A stretch of 64,000 bases of DNA, taken from the human T2T-CHM13v2.0 reference genome, Homo sapiens. The position numbers and the translations under genes are program-made. Numbering within the stretch: the first letter of the stretch is position 1; each line of letters opens with the position of its first letter. The stretch lies in assembly GCF_009914755.1 (NCBI RefSeq), contig NC_060928.1; one strand, written 5' to 3'. This document shows, piece after piece, positions 1 to 13,193 of the stretch. The notes beneath the pieces are model-generated. The model was not told where the DNA came from. It did no database searches and saw only the letters and a list, made by a program, of their open reading frames with translations.

Positions 1-1588
1 ATGGGAGTGGAGTAGAGTATTTGAGAGGGGTAAAGTGTTGGAAGTACTCCCCCCAAGAATACAAATGTGAGCTGAATGGAGTCAGTACTGAGTCCAATTG
101 AACAGAAGGTCTAGTTGAAGCCGTCATTTTGTAACTGAAGCCAGTAAAAACTGTTGTTTTATTTTACTCTCCTTTATTATTTCTATTCTATTTAAATGTT
201 GTCCTATTTTATTTTATTTTATTTTATTTGATGTAATCAGTTGAGGCAAATCTGAACATCATATGGGCACAAGCTAAGAAGTGACTGATGGCGTCCACCC
301 CGGCCTGGATTGAGGCAGAGAGAGGAGAAGGAGTGAGGGAGCTGATGATGTGGGTGAAGTCACCGACTAACCAGGCAGGAGGGAAGGAATTGAAAGCAGG
401 ATGTGCTGATACAGGAAAAACAGGTATCTCCATGGTGGAAGAACAGATATGGCAGCTGAAAGGCGATAAGAGAAATAGGAGGAAAGGTGTTGCTAAGAAA
501 GTGGTATTTGGGGATCTGAGAAGTTGGACCTGGTGCAGTTCCAGGTGGTTGATCTGGGGTTTGGGGTGCAGGGAAGGGAATGCTTCCATACAGCCAGGGG
601 ACAGGATAAGGAGATAAAGAGATGAAGGTGAAGGCAAACTGTCAATTTCCCAGTCTCATAGTCCTTGGCTGTGCTCCTGTGTTAGCTGCGATTTCAAAAT
701 AGGTCACTTCCTTTCCTTACTTTACTCTGTCTTCTCTCCATCGCCTACTTGGCATCTTGTGTCTTTTCAAGGTCATGTTAAGAGTTCACTTTCCCAATCA
801 GGAGAAGCACATGACATAAATCAATGTAATTAATGCATGTTTCTTTCTTTCTCAAAGACTTAGCCTAAATAAAACCTTACAATTTATTTTAGTGAACAAA
901 TTAAATGTTGACTTTTAAAAACACAGTACTTGTACTTTTTAACCTTCAAAGAACTTTACACATACGAAGGTCATTACTCTTTTTAACACTCCTAGAGTCT
1001 TTGAGTTGAACATACATGATCAAAAGATTAACACAGAGGGTGAGGATGTTTGGCTATCAGATGCAGTTTTTAGCTGTAATATCTGGCCTTTGAGATAATA
1101 TTGCTCTGGCCATGTCTGAAAGCCGGGAAATAATTATTTCTGTTCCATTTTCTGTCAATGGGGAGCTATTATTACCCCCTTCAGTGTGAACTCATTTAGG
1201 AGTATAAAAATAAAAATTGTTAATAATGGTTAATTATCAGATTAGAATTTCAAAGGGGAAAAATAATAGTAGTTTCCTCTGAAATTCACAAGCCAACTAA
1301 AGCCATTCCAAGCTTCCTGAGGGCCCTTCTCTCCTCTGTTTCTTATTTCCTTTCATCCCTCCCTCTTCTTCTCTTTGGATTTCTCTCTTCTTATTTCTCT
1401 GTATACAGGGGATTTTTACTCCCCTCAAGTTCTCTTCATTGGTGCCACTCTTCTTACATACCTGGCTCTTTTTTCTTCACCTTCTGATTTTCCACCTTTT
1501 CTTTTTCCTGCTTTCCCTTTTTTTACTTTACCATTTCCGTTTTTTTTTAAATTTCTGAACCAGTTGGGAACAAGATTTTTTTTCTAAT

Positions 1589-1740
1589 TTCCCCCTTCCT
1601 TCATTCCTTCCCTTCCTTCCTTCCTTCCTTCCTCCCTTCCTTCCTTCCTTCCTTCCTTTCTTTCTCTCTTTCTTTTTCTTTCTTTCTTTCTCTTTCTTTC
1701 TTTCATTTTTTCCTTCCTTCTTTCTTTCTTTCCTTCCTTC

Positions 1741-1791
<51 letters not shown>

Positions 1792-1857
1792 TCCTTCTTT
1801 CTTTCTTCTTTCTCTCTCTCTCTCTCTTTTCTTTCTTTTTCTTTCTTTCTTCTTTTT
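1589..1857. repeat. Compound (TTCC)n/(TTTC)n/(TC)n polypyrimidine microsatellite at the tail position of the adjacent antisense Alu
   Basis: About 270 nt of almost pure C/T (A only at 1603 and 1705), directly abutting the 3' end of a minus-strand Alu. Confidence 0.95.
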
Positions 1858-2162
1858 CAGGGGCTTCACTCTGTTGCCCAGGTTGGAGAGCAGTGGCATG
1901 ATCATGGCTCACTGCAGCCTCAACCATCCAGGCTGAAGCAATCCTTCTACGTCTAGCTCCTGAGTAGCTGGAACTACAGATGTGCTCCACCACGGCTGGC
2001 TAATTTTGTTTATTTATTTATTTGTTTACTTCTTTGTTTATTTATTGAGACAAGGTCTCACTATGTTGCCCAGGCTTGTCTCCAACTCCTGGACTCAAGT
2101 GGCCCTCCTGCCTTCATCTCCCAAAGTGCTAGGGTTACAGGTGTGAGTCACCGCACCCAGCC
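1858..2162 (-). mobile_element. Alu SINE (AluJ-like)
   Basis: Reverse-complement Alu: ctctgttgcccaggttggagagcagtggcatgatcatggctcactgcagcctcaac ... gtgagtcaccgcacccagcc; AluJ-type diagnostics. Confidence 0.93.
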
Positions 2163-2994
2163 TATCATTTCCTTCTACAACATCTACACCTCCTTGTCCT
2201 GTCCTCTGGTCGCACGGAGGCACTGCATTCCTGACCCAGCCCTGGGATCAACCCCTCTATGCTCACTTTTCCTTTTTATTACTATAGCAACAACAAGGGC
2301 TATTATTATTAATTAAAATTTATTGAACACATACCATGTGTCAGGCAAGTAGATTACTTTCTGTTTAGAAAATGCCATCACAAAGGGGACAACACATACA
2401 AAAGACAATGATCTGAATCTGCAAGTGGGAAAAAAACTAAAGTGGATTTTCGGTTGTTTGAAATAAAATTCCTTGCCATCAGCATTTGCTCAATATTGAT
2501 AAAGGGAAGATTCAGGTCCCTTTGTAAGAGAGAGAGGGAAAAAACAGAGACATTGATTGAATCCATACTGTGAAACGATGCCGTAGGTATTGACCCATCA
2601 TTGCTCTCAAACAGTGGAAAAAGAGTGAGATGAATTTGCTTTGTGTAGTAGCCAATCACTCAGGTGGCTGAGTCACAAAGAAGATTTAATCTCTGATTGC
2701 TGCACAAAAATGTCTACAAAGAAGCTCCTGTGGAAGACATTTTTCCTCACCTATTCAAGGTTGCAGAGGTAGTTGTCTTTGTGACTTGTGAGTGGTGTAG
2801 GAGTGTGAAGAGTATAAATTAGAGAATAATATAAGGAAGTTTGCTGTGTGTTTAGCAGGAACTGCATCCTGAGAAAGAATCAAGATCCTGCAGCCAAGAA
2901 GAGAACTGGGATCCATAAGGTCTCATTAAAACAGGTTAAGTGTTTGCAAATCCCAATTACAATAGTTGCCATTAGCTATTAAATCTTAATGATC

Positions 2995-3305
2995 GGCCAG
3001 GCACAGTGGCTCATGCCTATAATCCCAGCATTTTGGGAGACTGAGGCAGGCAGATTGCCTGAGTTTAGGAGTTTGAGACCAGTCTGACCAACATGGTGAA
3101 ACCCTGTCTCTACTAAAAATACAAAACAATTAGGCGTAGTGGCGTGCGCCTATAATGTTAGCTACTCAGGAGGCTGAGGCAGGGGAATTGCTTGAACCAG
3201 GGAGACAAAGGTTGCAGTGAACCAAGATCGCGCCACTGTACTCCAGCCTGGGCGACAGAGCGAGACTCTGTCTCAAAACAAAAACAAAGGCAAAACAAAA
3301 AAAAA
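2995..3305 (+). mobile_element. Alu SINE (AluS-like), full length
   Basis: ggccaggcacagtggctcatgcc ... gactctgtctc followed by A-rich tail; TSD cttaatgatc at 2985-2994 and 3306-3315. Confidence 0.96.
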
Positions 3306-3557
3306 CTTAATGATCAAATAGCTAAGAACTAAAGAATTTCCTCCATTCTTTGCTGAGGTGAGAAGAAAGATTAGCTGCTGGAATGAGTTTGCAGATGGGG
3401 AGAAAAATGGCTCTTAAAAACTCAGGAACTATGGTGTACCCTTACATGTGCCAGTTAAAACAAAAACATGAATCCCGGTCTTCCCTGGTGAACGGGAACA
3501 CTACAGGTGGGGAGGAAGAACCTCCTCTTTTTATGTTTCTGTAAATCATCCTGCCTT

Positions 3558-3621
3558 ACTTTGAACCCCTATGCCTTCAAAAAGGGAGGACTTTGAGCCC
3601 CTGTGCCTTCAGAAAGGGAGG
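3558..3621. repeat. 32-bp tandem duplication (2 copies)
   Basis: actttgaacccctatgccttcaaaaagggagg followed by actttgagcccctgtgccttcagaaagggagg. Confidence 0.9.
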
Positions 3622-4201
3622 AAACTTCAGCTTTAAAAGAGCTCTGCTATCTCCCTGGAATTTATATCATGACTATGACATAAAAATTTGCCCAGTGCTA
3701 AAAATTCAGGACATGGCATTTGGTGATTGAGTCACTTACCCACTTTAGCAGTAAGACACTCATTCTGTATTTTAGCACAGCCCTGGAGGTCCGGTGGCTT
3801 TGTGATACCATGGTGTGGTCTCAGTTTCTGAGCTGCACACAGAGCCACTTCTCCTCCTGGGATCTTGCCACTTCCTTGTTTGCACTACACAGAAAGCACA
3901 CAGCAGCTACTCACCTTCTCATTTCCTGCAGGTTTGGAGAATCCTTGTGGTGGGGCTTTTAGTTGTCTCCTTGCTTCTTACAAATATTTTGTTGACACCA
4001 TATTCTCCTCCTTCTCTGGAACTGGTGTATTCAGGATTCCCCGGCCCAGAAAACTTAGTTCTGCTTTTTTTTTTTTTTTTTCTGTTAGGTTACTACTCAG
4101 AAGCAAGAGGCAAGAGGCAAGAAATGCATGATTGAATACTTGCTCGATTTAGGAGGGGAGAGTAAAAGAAACAGGTTGAATTTTAAAAATGTTATTGAGT
4201 T

Positions 4202-4489
4202 GGCTGGGCATGGTGGCTCACATCTGTAATCCAATCACTTTGGGAGGCTGAGGAGGGTGGGTCACCTGAAAGTCAGGAGTTCGAGACCAGCCTGGCCAAC
4301 ATGGTGAAACCCTGTCTCTACTTAAAATATAAAAAATTAGCTCAGCGTGGTGGTGGGTGCCTGTAAGCCCAGCTACTTGGGAGACTGAGGCAGGAGAATC
4401 ACTTGAACCCAGGAGCAGAGGTTGCAGTGAGCCGAGATTGCACCATTGCACACCAGCCTGTGCAACAAGAGTGAAACTTCGTCTCAAAG
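4202..4489 (+). mobile_element. Alu SINE (AluSq/Sp-like)
   Basis: ggctgggcatggtggctcac ... gcaacaagagtgaaacttcgtctc; near-perfect TSD aaaaatgttattgagt / aaaaatgttagtgagt. Confidence 0.95.
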
Positions 4490-4795
4490 AAAAATGTTAG
4501 TGAGTCACAGTTGTGTCAGAGTTCTCAAAATGCAGAAGCCAGCTTTCTAATGCTGTAGCCTCTGTCCAGGACAGATATATACCATGCAGATGAGAGAGGA
4601 CCCAGTGTAGTTCTTAAAAATTTCAGTGCATGAGACTGAGCAGGCAACCACCACTTCTCACCATTTCACTCACTGGCCAATTTCTTGGTTTTGTTGCTCT
4701 TGTGACTTCTTGTTAGTGATACAGGCATTTGCGTATACACACCGTTTTAAGAATTCCTGGCACAAAGAGATGCTTAAGAAATATTACTTGATGTT

Positions 4796-7093
4796 TGATA
4801 TAGTTTGGCTGTGTCCCCAGCCAAATCTCATCTTGAATTGTAGTTCTCATAATCCCCATGTGTCATGGGAGGGACCCAGTGGGAGGTAATTGAATCATGG
4901 GGGTGGTTTTCCCTGTGTTGTTCTTGTGATGGTGAGTGAGTTATCATGAGAGTTGATGGTTTTAGAAGCATCTGGCATTACCCCTGCTGGCTCTCATTCT
5001 CTCTCTTGCTGCCCTGTGAAGAGGTGCCTTCTGCCATGACTGTAAGTTTCCTGAGGCCTCCCCAGCCACATGCAATTGTGAGTCAGTTAAACCTCTTTTT
5101 AAATAAATTACTCAGTCTTGGATGTTTCTTCATAGTAAATTGGTACCAGGAGTGGGGTGCTACTATAAGGATACCCCAAAATGTGGACACAAATTTGGAA
5201 CTGGGTAACAGGCAGAGGTTGGAAAAGTTTGGAGGACTCAGAAGACAGGAAAATGTCAGAAAGTTTGGAAATTTCTAGAGATTGGAGGGCCCAGAAGACA
5301 GGAAGGTGTGGGAAAGTTTGGAACTTCCTAGAGACTTGTTGAATGGCTTTGACTAAAATGCTGATAGTGATTTGGACAATGAAGTCCAGGCTGAGGTGGT
5401 CTCAGATGGAGATGAGCAACTCGTTGGGAACTGGAGCGAAGGTGACTCTTGTTATGCTTTAGCAAAGAGACTTGCAGCACTGTGCCTCTGCTTGAGATCT
5501 GTGTATCTTTGAACTTGAGAGAGATGATTTAGAATATCTGGCAGCAAAAATTTCTAAGTGGCAAAGCATTCAAGAGGAAGCAGAGCATAAAAGTTAGAAA
5601 AACTTGCAGCCTGACAATGCAATAGAAAAGAAAAACCCATTTTCTGGAGAGAAATTCAAGCTGGCTACAGAAATTGGCATAAGTAATGAGAAGCCAAATG
5701 TTAATCACCAAGACAATGGGGAAAATGTCTCCAGGGCATGTCAGAGACTTTCACAGCAGCCCCTCCTAACACAGGCCCAGAGACCTAGAAGAGAAAAATG
5801 GTTTCATGGTCTGGGTCCAGGGCTCCCCTGCTCTGTGCAGCCTCAGGTCATGGTACCCTGCATCCCAGCCACTCCAGCTCCAGTTGTGGCTAAAAGGGTC
5901 CAAGGTTCTGTTCAGGTTATTGCTTCAGAGGGTGCAAGCCATAAGTCTTGGCAACTTCCACGTGGTGTTGAGCCTGTGGGTGCACAGAAGTCAAGAATTG
6001 ATTGGGGTTTGGGAACCTCTGCCTAGATTTCAGAGGATGTGTGGAAATGCCTGATTGTCCAGGCAGAAGTTTGCTGCAGGGGCAGAGGCCTCATTGAGAA
6101 CCTCTGGTAGGGCAGTGTAGAAGGGAAATATGTGGTGGGTGCCCCCACACAGAGTTCCCACTGGGGCACTGCCTAGTAGAGCTGTAAGAAGTGGGCCACC
6201 ATCCTCTAGACCCCAGAATGGTAGATCCACACCGACAGCTTGTACTGTGCACCTGGAAAAGTCGCAGACACTCAATGCCAGCCTGTGAAAGAAGCCAGGT
6301 TGGGGGATGTTCCCTGCAAAGCCACAGGTGTGGAGCTTCCCAAGGCCATGGGAGCCCACCTCTTGCAACAGCATGACCTGGATGTAGGACATGGAGTCAA
6401 AATAGATCATTTTGGAACTTCAATATTTAATGACTGCCCTGCTGGATTTCAGACTTGCATGGGCCTGTAGCCCCTTCGTTTTAACCAAATTTTTCCCATT
6501 TGGAACAGGTGTATTCACCCAATGCTTATAATTGTATCTAGGAAGTAACTAACTTACTTTTGATTTTACAGGCTCATAGGTGGAAGAACCTGGTCTTGTC
6601 TCAGATGAGCCTTTGGACTTGGACTTTTGGGTTAATGCTAGAATAAGTTAAGACATTGGGGGACAGTTGGAAGGGCATGATTGTGTTTTGAAATGTGAGG
6701 ACATGAAATTTGGGAAGGGCCAGGAATGTAATGATGTGGTTTGCCTTTGTCCTCACCCAAATTTCATCTTGAATTGTAGTTCCCATAATCCCTACATGTC
6801 ACGGGAGGGACTAGGTGGGAGGTAATTGAATCATGGGGGCAGTCTCCCCCAAGCTGTTCTCATGATGGTGAGTGAGTTCTCATGATATCTGATGGTTTTA
6901 TGTGTCTGGCATTTCCCCTGCTGACTCTCATTCTCTCTCTTGCCACCCTGGGAAGAGATGCCTTCTGCCAGGATTGTAAGTTTCCTGAGGCCTCCCCAGC
7001 CATGCAGAACTGTGAGTTAATTAAACCTCTTTTCTTTGTAAATTACCTAGACTCGGGTATTTCTTCATGGCAGTGTGAGAACGAACTAATACA
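4796..7093 (+). mobile_element. Full-length THE1 (THE1D-like) ERVL-MaLR: 5' LTR 4796-5135, internal region about 5136-6731, 3' LTR 6732-7093
   Basis: Two direct LTRs beginning tgat(a/g)t..gtttg, the 3' one ending ctaataca; about 1.6 kb THE1 internal region; 5-bp TSD ATGTT at 4791-4795 and 7094-7098. Confidence 0.95.
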
Positions 7094-8546
7094 ATGTTAA
7101 TTGTTAATACTTTCTTTTTCTGACTTTTAACATTTTTAAATGCTATTTTATTATTATTTTTTGGCCACTGGATTCCCATTCCACTTGAATTGAATAACAA
7201 ATAGTAGAAATTAAAGTTAAAAAGTATGTTGAATATTGAATAGGAATTTTAATTTTGGAAATATTCATGTCTACATTTAAATAAGAAGTGGAAGACAGTA
7301 AAAAATGAAACAAATGCAGTCCCTGTCCTTGGCGGGACTGAAGGAGTTTCTGAAAGGAAACTTTTAGTGGTGCCTTTAAGCACAGAACTACAGCTTATAA
7401 AAGTCCATGGACATCAAAAGTATGCAAAGCTTGGTGGAATTTTTGTGTGCAGTTTTTCCTAGAGAGAACAGAAACTATGGAACACAGTCATAAGGCAGAA
7501 AATGAGAGCAAGAGTGATTATGTCAGGCAGCTTGCTCTGGCAGAGAATTAAAGCCGGATGCTCTTTCTACCATGGCTTGTTTGGCTCCCAAGAACTGTGG
7601 CTTCTACTTCTGCTTTCTCCCTCTTCCTTCTCCTGCATCTATTCAGGATACCTAATGCGGTCAAGAGGAACAAGGCAGAAATGAAAATTTTCAAATCCTG
7701 TGTGGGATTTGAACTCTATTCAAAACATATTATATTTTAAATACCATTCAGTTGTAAATAATCATAAGAGCCCACCTACAATGAAACAATAGATGACTTG
7801 AAAGCACCGCAGCAGCCAGCTCTGAGCTGCAAGGAGAATAGTTGGTAAAATGATTCATTAGCAAAAAGAAATCCCTGCAGGACACTAGATATAATCCCAC
7901 ACAGGGAAAAATGTGGTTTGGAGACTGATATTTTACAACTTCTTCAGGTTATCAATATTGAAAACAAATGATACAATCAAAAGATATTCTTTCAGATTGC
8001 TATGTGCAGTCTCTTCCAGTATCTCTCGCAGGATACTGCGAGAGATACTTAACTTACCTTTTGCTCTGAGAGGGAAGGCTTTCTTGTGTGGGTGGCCAAG
8101 AAAGGTTATTTGGTGGTATTATATTTCAGGACTTCTACCAGAGTGATTCACTTATAACTGGCTGGCATAATTATTATAGAGTTTCAGTGATCATTATGCT
8201 GTGTTAACTACAGAATATTGTAATTGCTGTTAGAATGACCACGAAATGAACCATACAATTTCAAAACATACTTAGCCATTTTCAGAAGAGGTGCAAATGA
8301 GAGTTATTATGCTTTGAAGATTCCAGGGAGACTTATTAAGAGAACTAACAGAGTGGAGAACAGATTAATAGCTGCATTTCTTCATGCTATGTGACCATTA
8401 GTGAACTTTCCTTTCTGATATTACCTAATGTCAACATTCCATTGGAATTCACACATTGCTAGGTATTTTAGAAAAGACATTGAAGGTGATTTGTTGATAT
8501 TTCACCCCCAGATATACTGGGAAGAGGCTTTCTTCTTTAGAGATCT

Positions 8547-8600
8547 GAATTTCTGAAGTGAAGTCCCTAGAAAGAATTTCTGAAGTGAAGCCCGTAGAAG
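8547..8600. repeat. 27-bp tandem duplication
   Basis: gaatttctgaagtgaagtccctagaaa / gaatttctgaagtgaagcccgtagaag. Confidence 0.85.
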
Positions 8601-9739
8601 GATCACCATTCTATTACAGTGGCTCTTTTGCTGCATGCTTCCCAGATCCCTCCATCCTCCTGCACTTCTGCATTAACTGCACTTCTGCACAACTGCATTA
8701 ACACAGGGAGCATGCTCTTTCTGAAAAAACAAAAACGAGAAAAAACGCTGCTAACTATTTTGTTGTCATGAGGAGTTGTGGGCCATTATTCGTGGACCTT
8801 CTGATATTTCAAGAGAAGTAAAAATATTTTATATGAAGTCTACTGTTTACAAAATATTGTCAATTAATTGACATTAAACAAATGCCGTGCAGGCCAAACA
8901 AAACTAGCCCTCGGACCAGAAATGCTCTATGGGTTTATAGCTTCAACACTGGAACATCTCTCAATATGATCAGTTGTGGATTATATACTTTCACCCTTTT
9001 AAGCACTTATTTTAAGGGTTTAGTGGGGGTCAGGTAGAATATGGTTATTGCTTAACTCAGTTTACTACTGCTACCTAAAACCATGGTTGATATTTAACTG
9101 GCTTGCACTGTTACATTGCATTACCAAGTATTCATTCTGATTGATTGGTACCATGTGGTCAAAGTGGTTAAAGTTTTTGAATATTATTTCTGCCCCAAAT
9201 TAATAAACAACACTTCTTACTAGCATGATTTAGATATGGGTTTACCTGTACATTGGGAGTTTTTTCCAAGTGTGTTTATTTCAAGCATTGTAGAATTTCT
9301 CAGTTCCTTATAAGGCTACCTTAGAGACGTAGTTTATAATATTTTCAATAATAGTTTGTCAGACTGTATTCTCACTTATTCAATTTTGGGATATTATTTG
9401 ATGACTCCTCCCCAGAAGCCTCTTTTAATGACTAGTCTGACTGACATTTGGTGAAAAAGCAGTAGTTTTCCTTCATCTGTATTCTTCAGAGAATCATGGA
9501 ATACTAGCTGTCCCTTCCATTTAGGTCTTGCTTTTGATAAATTAATTGATGAAGTGTCTTCACCTTAATATGAATATAAGTAGTTCAGTTGTCAATTATG
9601 TTAGACTTTTAAAAGACTGTTCTGAATATGTCATCATATTATGTACTATTTGTAACATGCTTTTTTTTCACCCCCAAATAACAATTTACAGGATCTCAAT
9701 ATTGAGGCCAGAAGAGATTACATAGAGATTATAGGCTCT

Positions 9740-10011
9740 GCCTGTAATCCCAGTGCTTTGGGAGCCAAGATGGGAGGATTGCTTGTGGCCAGAAGTTTGA
9801 GACAAAGTTGGGCAACATAGCAAGACCCCATCTCTACAAAAAATTAAAAAATTAGCTGAGTGTGGTGGTACATGTCTGTACTCCTAGCTACTTAGGAGCC
9901 TGAGAGGGAGGATCACTTGAACCCAGGAGTACAAGGTTACAGTGAATTATGATCATACCACTGCACTCCAGGCTGGGTGACAGAATGAGACTCCATTTCT
10001 AAAGTAAAAAA
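9740..10011 (+). mobile_element. Alu SINE (AluJ-like), missing first ~20 nt
   Basis: gcctgtaatcccagtgctttgggag ... ggcaacatagcaagaccccatctctac ... gggtgacagaatgagactcc. Confidence 0.92.
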
Positions 10012-11754
10012 GTATATATATTGAAAAAACCTATTTGAAAACTTTTAGAGTAGAAATTATCTTTATTATATCTAGTCTGTCCAGTCAAATGAGCTGGCAG
10101 TGGAAGGAGCACTGGACTTAGAGTCAGAAGGCATGGCCTTTTCTCTTTTGTCAATCAATGTGACATTTAGATTTTCATTATTATCATTAACATTGTTATT
10201 ATTAGGATTTAAAAAAAATTCTGGGCTAGAAATGTAACTTTCTTCGTGGCAGAATTTTATACTTATTTTTATTTCATATGTGCTCTTCCAACTAAGAAAG
10301 AAAAAAACTACAGCTCTCTGGAGCCTGTAGTGTTTGAAACTTATTAGCTCTGTTGCCTCTGGCTACAGAAATCAAAAAGGAGTTTTTCAAGTTGCATTCA
10401 GAAAAGCAGTCTGTTTTTCTGACCTGCAGTGTTGCTAGTAATTGTAAGCCAGGTGTTACTCTTGGAAAATGAAAGTACTCATTATTTTAAAATAGTATGG
10501 TGTGGAGGGCCAACTGTAAGACCTGGAGCTGTTTGCTGTTTACACACATGCGGACAACTTCTCTGGTCAAAAGTGATAAACAAATGAAACTTTCAGCCTC
10601 CATTCTTCAGCCTCTCAAATATATTTCTGAAAAGGGCATTGTTCCAGGGTTCTCTCTGAACAACTCCCACCCCTGAAGTTGAAAGTCTTGACTATTTCAA
10701 TGTCCTTCCCTTGCATCATATCGCCTGGGCAGCACGCCCTTACTGTTGTTGCTTTGTTAACTGTTAGATACTGAGTTATATTAACATCAAAGGGCATAAG
10801 GAATCAGAAATGAAGCCTCCAACTAACAATATGACAAAGCTGATCTACCAATACATCTTTGATTTGGTTTTAAGAGGTTGCAGTGGAAGTGGATAGGAGG
10901 TGTGAAATTTCTGATTCCAACTTGAGTCTGATTCTAGCCCGTGCCTTGGGGATGTTTATAAACCTGAGAGGGAGGAAAACTGAGGGGGAAAGGAAGAGGG
11001 AGGAAAAGGTAGAGGAAGGGAAAGAAAGAGGAAGAGAGAAGAAGAGAAACAGGGAGAGAAGGAGAGTGCCTGATCCTGATCCATAGTATAATAGCCTCCC
11101 TAGCCTGATTACAGTTCTGCTTTTACACTTAACCCCTGCTCTTTTGGGTACTGGCTATTGAGGAACAATACCCTAAATTTTCCTGGAAGTTCTTTCCAGC
11201 TGAGAGCATCTCTAGGCACTGGCTTAATTCTTTCAAAGTCTCATGGCCACACCCTTGATTTTTATCTTTACCTTGAGGGCAATCTTAATGTGAAAATATT
11301 TTTCTGGCATGAGACAGCAAAGATGAAAAACAACTTTAGTTTCTATTCTAATAAATTCTAGCATCTCTTAATTCCCCATATTCTCCTTGTAAATTGTGTG
11401 TGTGTTTTTGTCGACATTTGTTTCTTTCTTGTAGTACTTTACATATAACTAGTAAGAGTCAGCTGATATTTTCAACATTCTGCCTGGAGATCAAGTCCAA
11501 AAATTCATAAGGTACATATTTTGTATCTTCAAGTTATCTTAAGTGACCAGTTCTAACAGATGTTTCATGCCGACGTAGCATGGGTGATCATTTTTTCTCT
11601 TTGTTCTAACAGTTGCTCATCATTTTTCCAGGCTTTGTTAGTAGTATCATTGACACTTTTCCAGCTTCTGTTTGCTACCTACCTCATCCAAAGCTAATTC
11701 CACGTATGTCTGTTTTATGCTACGGTAGCACATTCCTTATAGGTACTAATGACC

Positions 11755-12210
11755 TATCGCCATAATAATGCTGCATAATAAACAACACAATATGCCTCTT
11801 GAAACAATAAAAATTTATTTAGTGCATGAGTCTGTGGGCCAGCAACTTGGTTCTTCTGGTCTCACATGCATGGAGATGGGTTGCATATTAGCTGATCTAG
11901 TATAACTCATCTGGGATGATTGAGATAACCTGGTTCTGTTTTACCTTTAGTAGGTTAGTAGGTTAGTCCAGGTATGTGTCACAGCAAAGTCAGAGGATTA
12001 AGAGACTGTTAGTGTGAAAGATTTTTTCAAGCCTCTGCATGCATCTGCTCTTGTCCTGTCGGCCAAAGCATGTAAGATGGCCAAACTCAGAATCAAAGCA
12101 CAAAGAAGTACACTCCTCTATAGTGAGAGGAAATGCAAAGTCACATGGCAAAAGGGCATAGATACAGGAAGAAGTTGAGAGTTGGGCCATTACTGCCATC
12201 AGCCTGCCAA
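11755..12210 (-). mobile_element. Old MaLR LTR (MLT1 family)
   Basis: MLT1-like motifs: ataatgctgcataataaac ... aaacaataaaaatttattt ... ggccaaagcatgtaagatggccaaactcagaatcaa ... gcaaagtcacatggcaaaagg. Confidence 0.6.
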
Positions 12211-12552
12211 ATTATCTCACCCGTATTTAATATGGGACAGTACTTCACCCATATTCTTTGGACTTCATTATTTCAGCATGCTCCAAGGAGACAGTGACTT
12301 CCAACTGGCAGTATTTGTATCCTCTTCCCAAGGGTTTCCTTCTACTAAATAAAGGACCAGTCTGCCCATGCAAACTCCAGGCTGGAGGTTCTAGGGAATT
12401 AGCCCTGTCTCCACTTGACATATTCAATCCAATCCTCAAACAGTAAATGATAGGAGTTGGTTTATGAAAATGCCAGCTTTCTTATTATCCCTCTAGTTGG
12501 ATAATTTGTAGGCGTATATTTTATACAATTTTCCAGAGCTCTAACGTATTAG

Positions 12553-12983
<431 letters not shown>

Positions 12984-13193
12984 TTTGAAATCTTTTCGTA
13001 TGGTTTGCTGGGAACCTAAATTAATAGACTACATAACTGAACTCTCATTTTTCTTCTGATTCTGAGTTCATGTTGCGTATTTACACTGTGCACAAAAACC
13101 AGTTCTCAGTATGTATCCCCTTCCTAATTTTCAGGAGTTTTAACACTAAGGTCTTTTCAGTGCTTATACTCTTCAGGTTCATTAGTAGGAGTC

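Noticed and set aside
1528-1993. Lys/Glu/Arg-rich ORFs (125 aa and 96 aa, minus strand)
   Set aside because: They are translations of the (GAAA)n/(GGAA)n microsatellite and the adjacent Alu, and stay open only because the repeat lacks stops.
3558-3621. 32-bp direct repeat of CRISPR-like length (also the 27-bp pair at 8547-8600)
   Set aside because: Only two abutting copies, no spacers, no cas genes, and a eukaryotic context: simple tandem duplications.
4218-4487. Alu-derived ORFs (also 12562-13059, 43047-43361, 44693-44960, 59018-59628)
   Set aside because: Typical Alu translations (for example [20 protein letters not shown]) with no coding evidence.
5604-6470. Cluster of ORFs up to 140 aa
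   Set aside because: All lie within the THE1 internal region and are broken across frames; not a host gene.
3909-8060. Minus-strand consensus donors (ACTCACCTT at 3909, ACTTACCTT at 8052)
   Set aside because: No convincing paired acceptor; several such donors are expected by chance in 64 kb.
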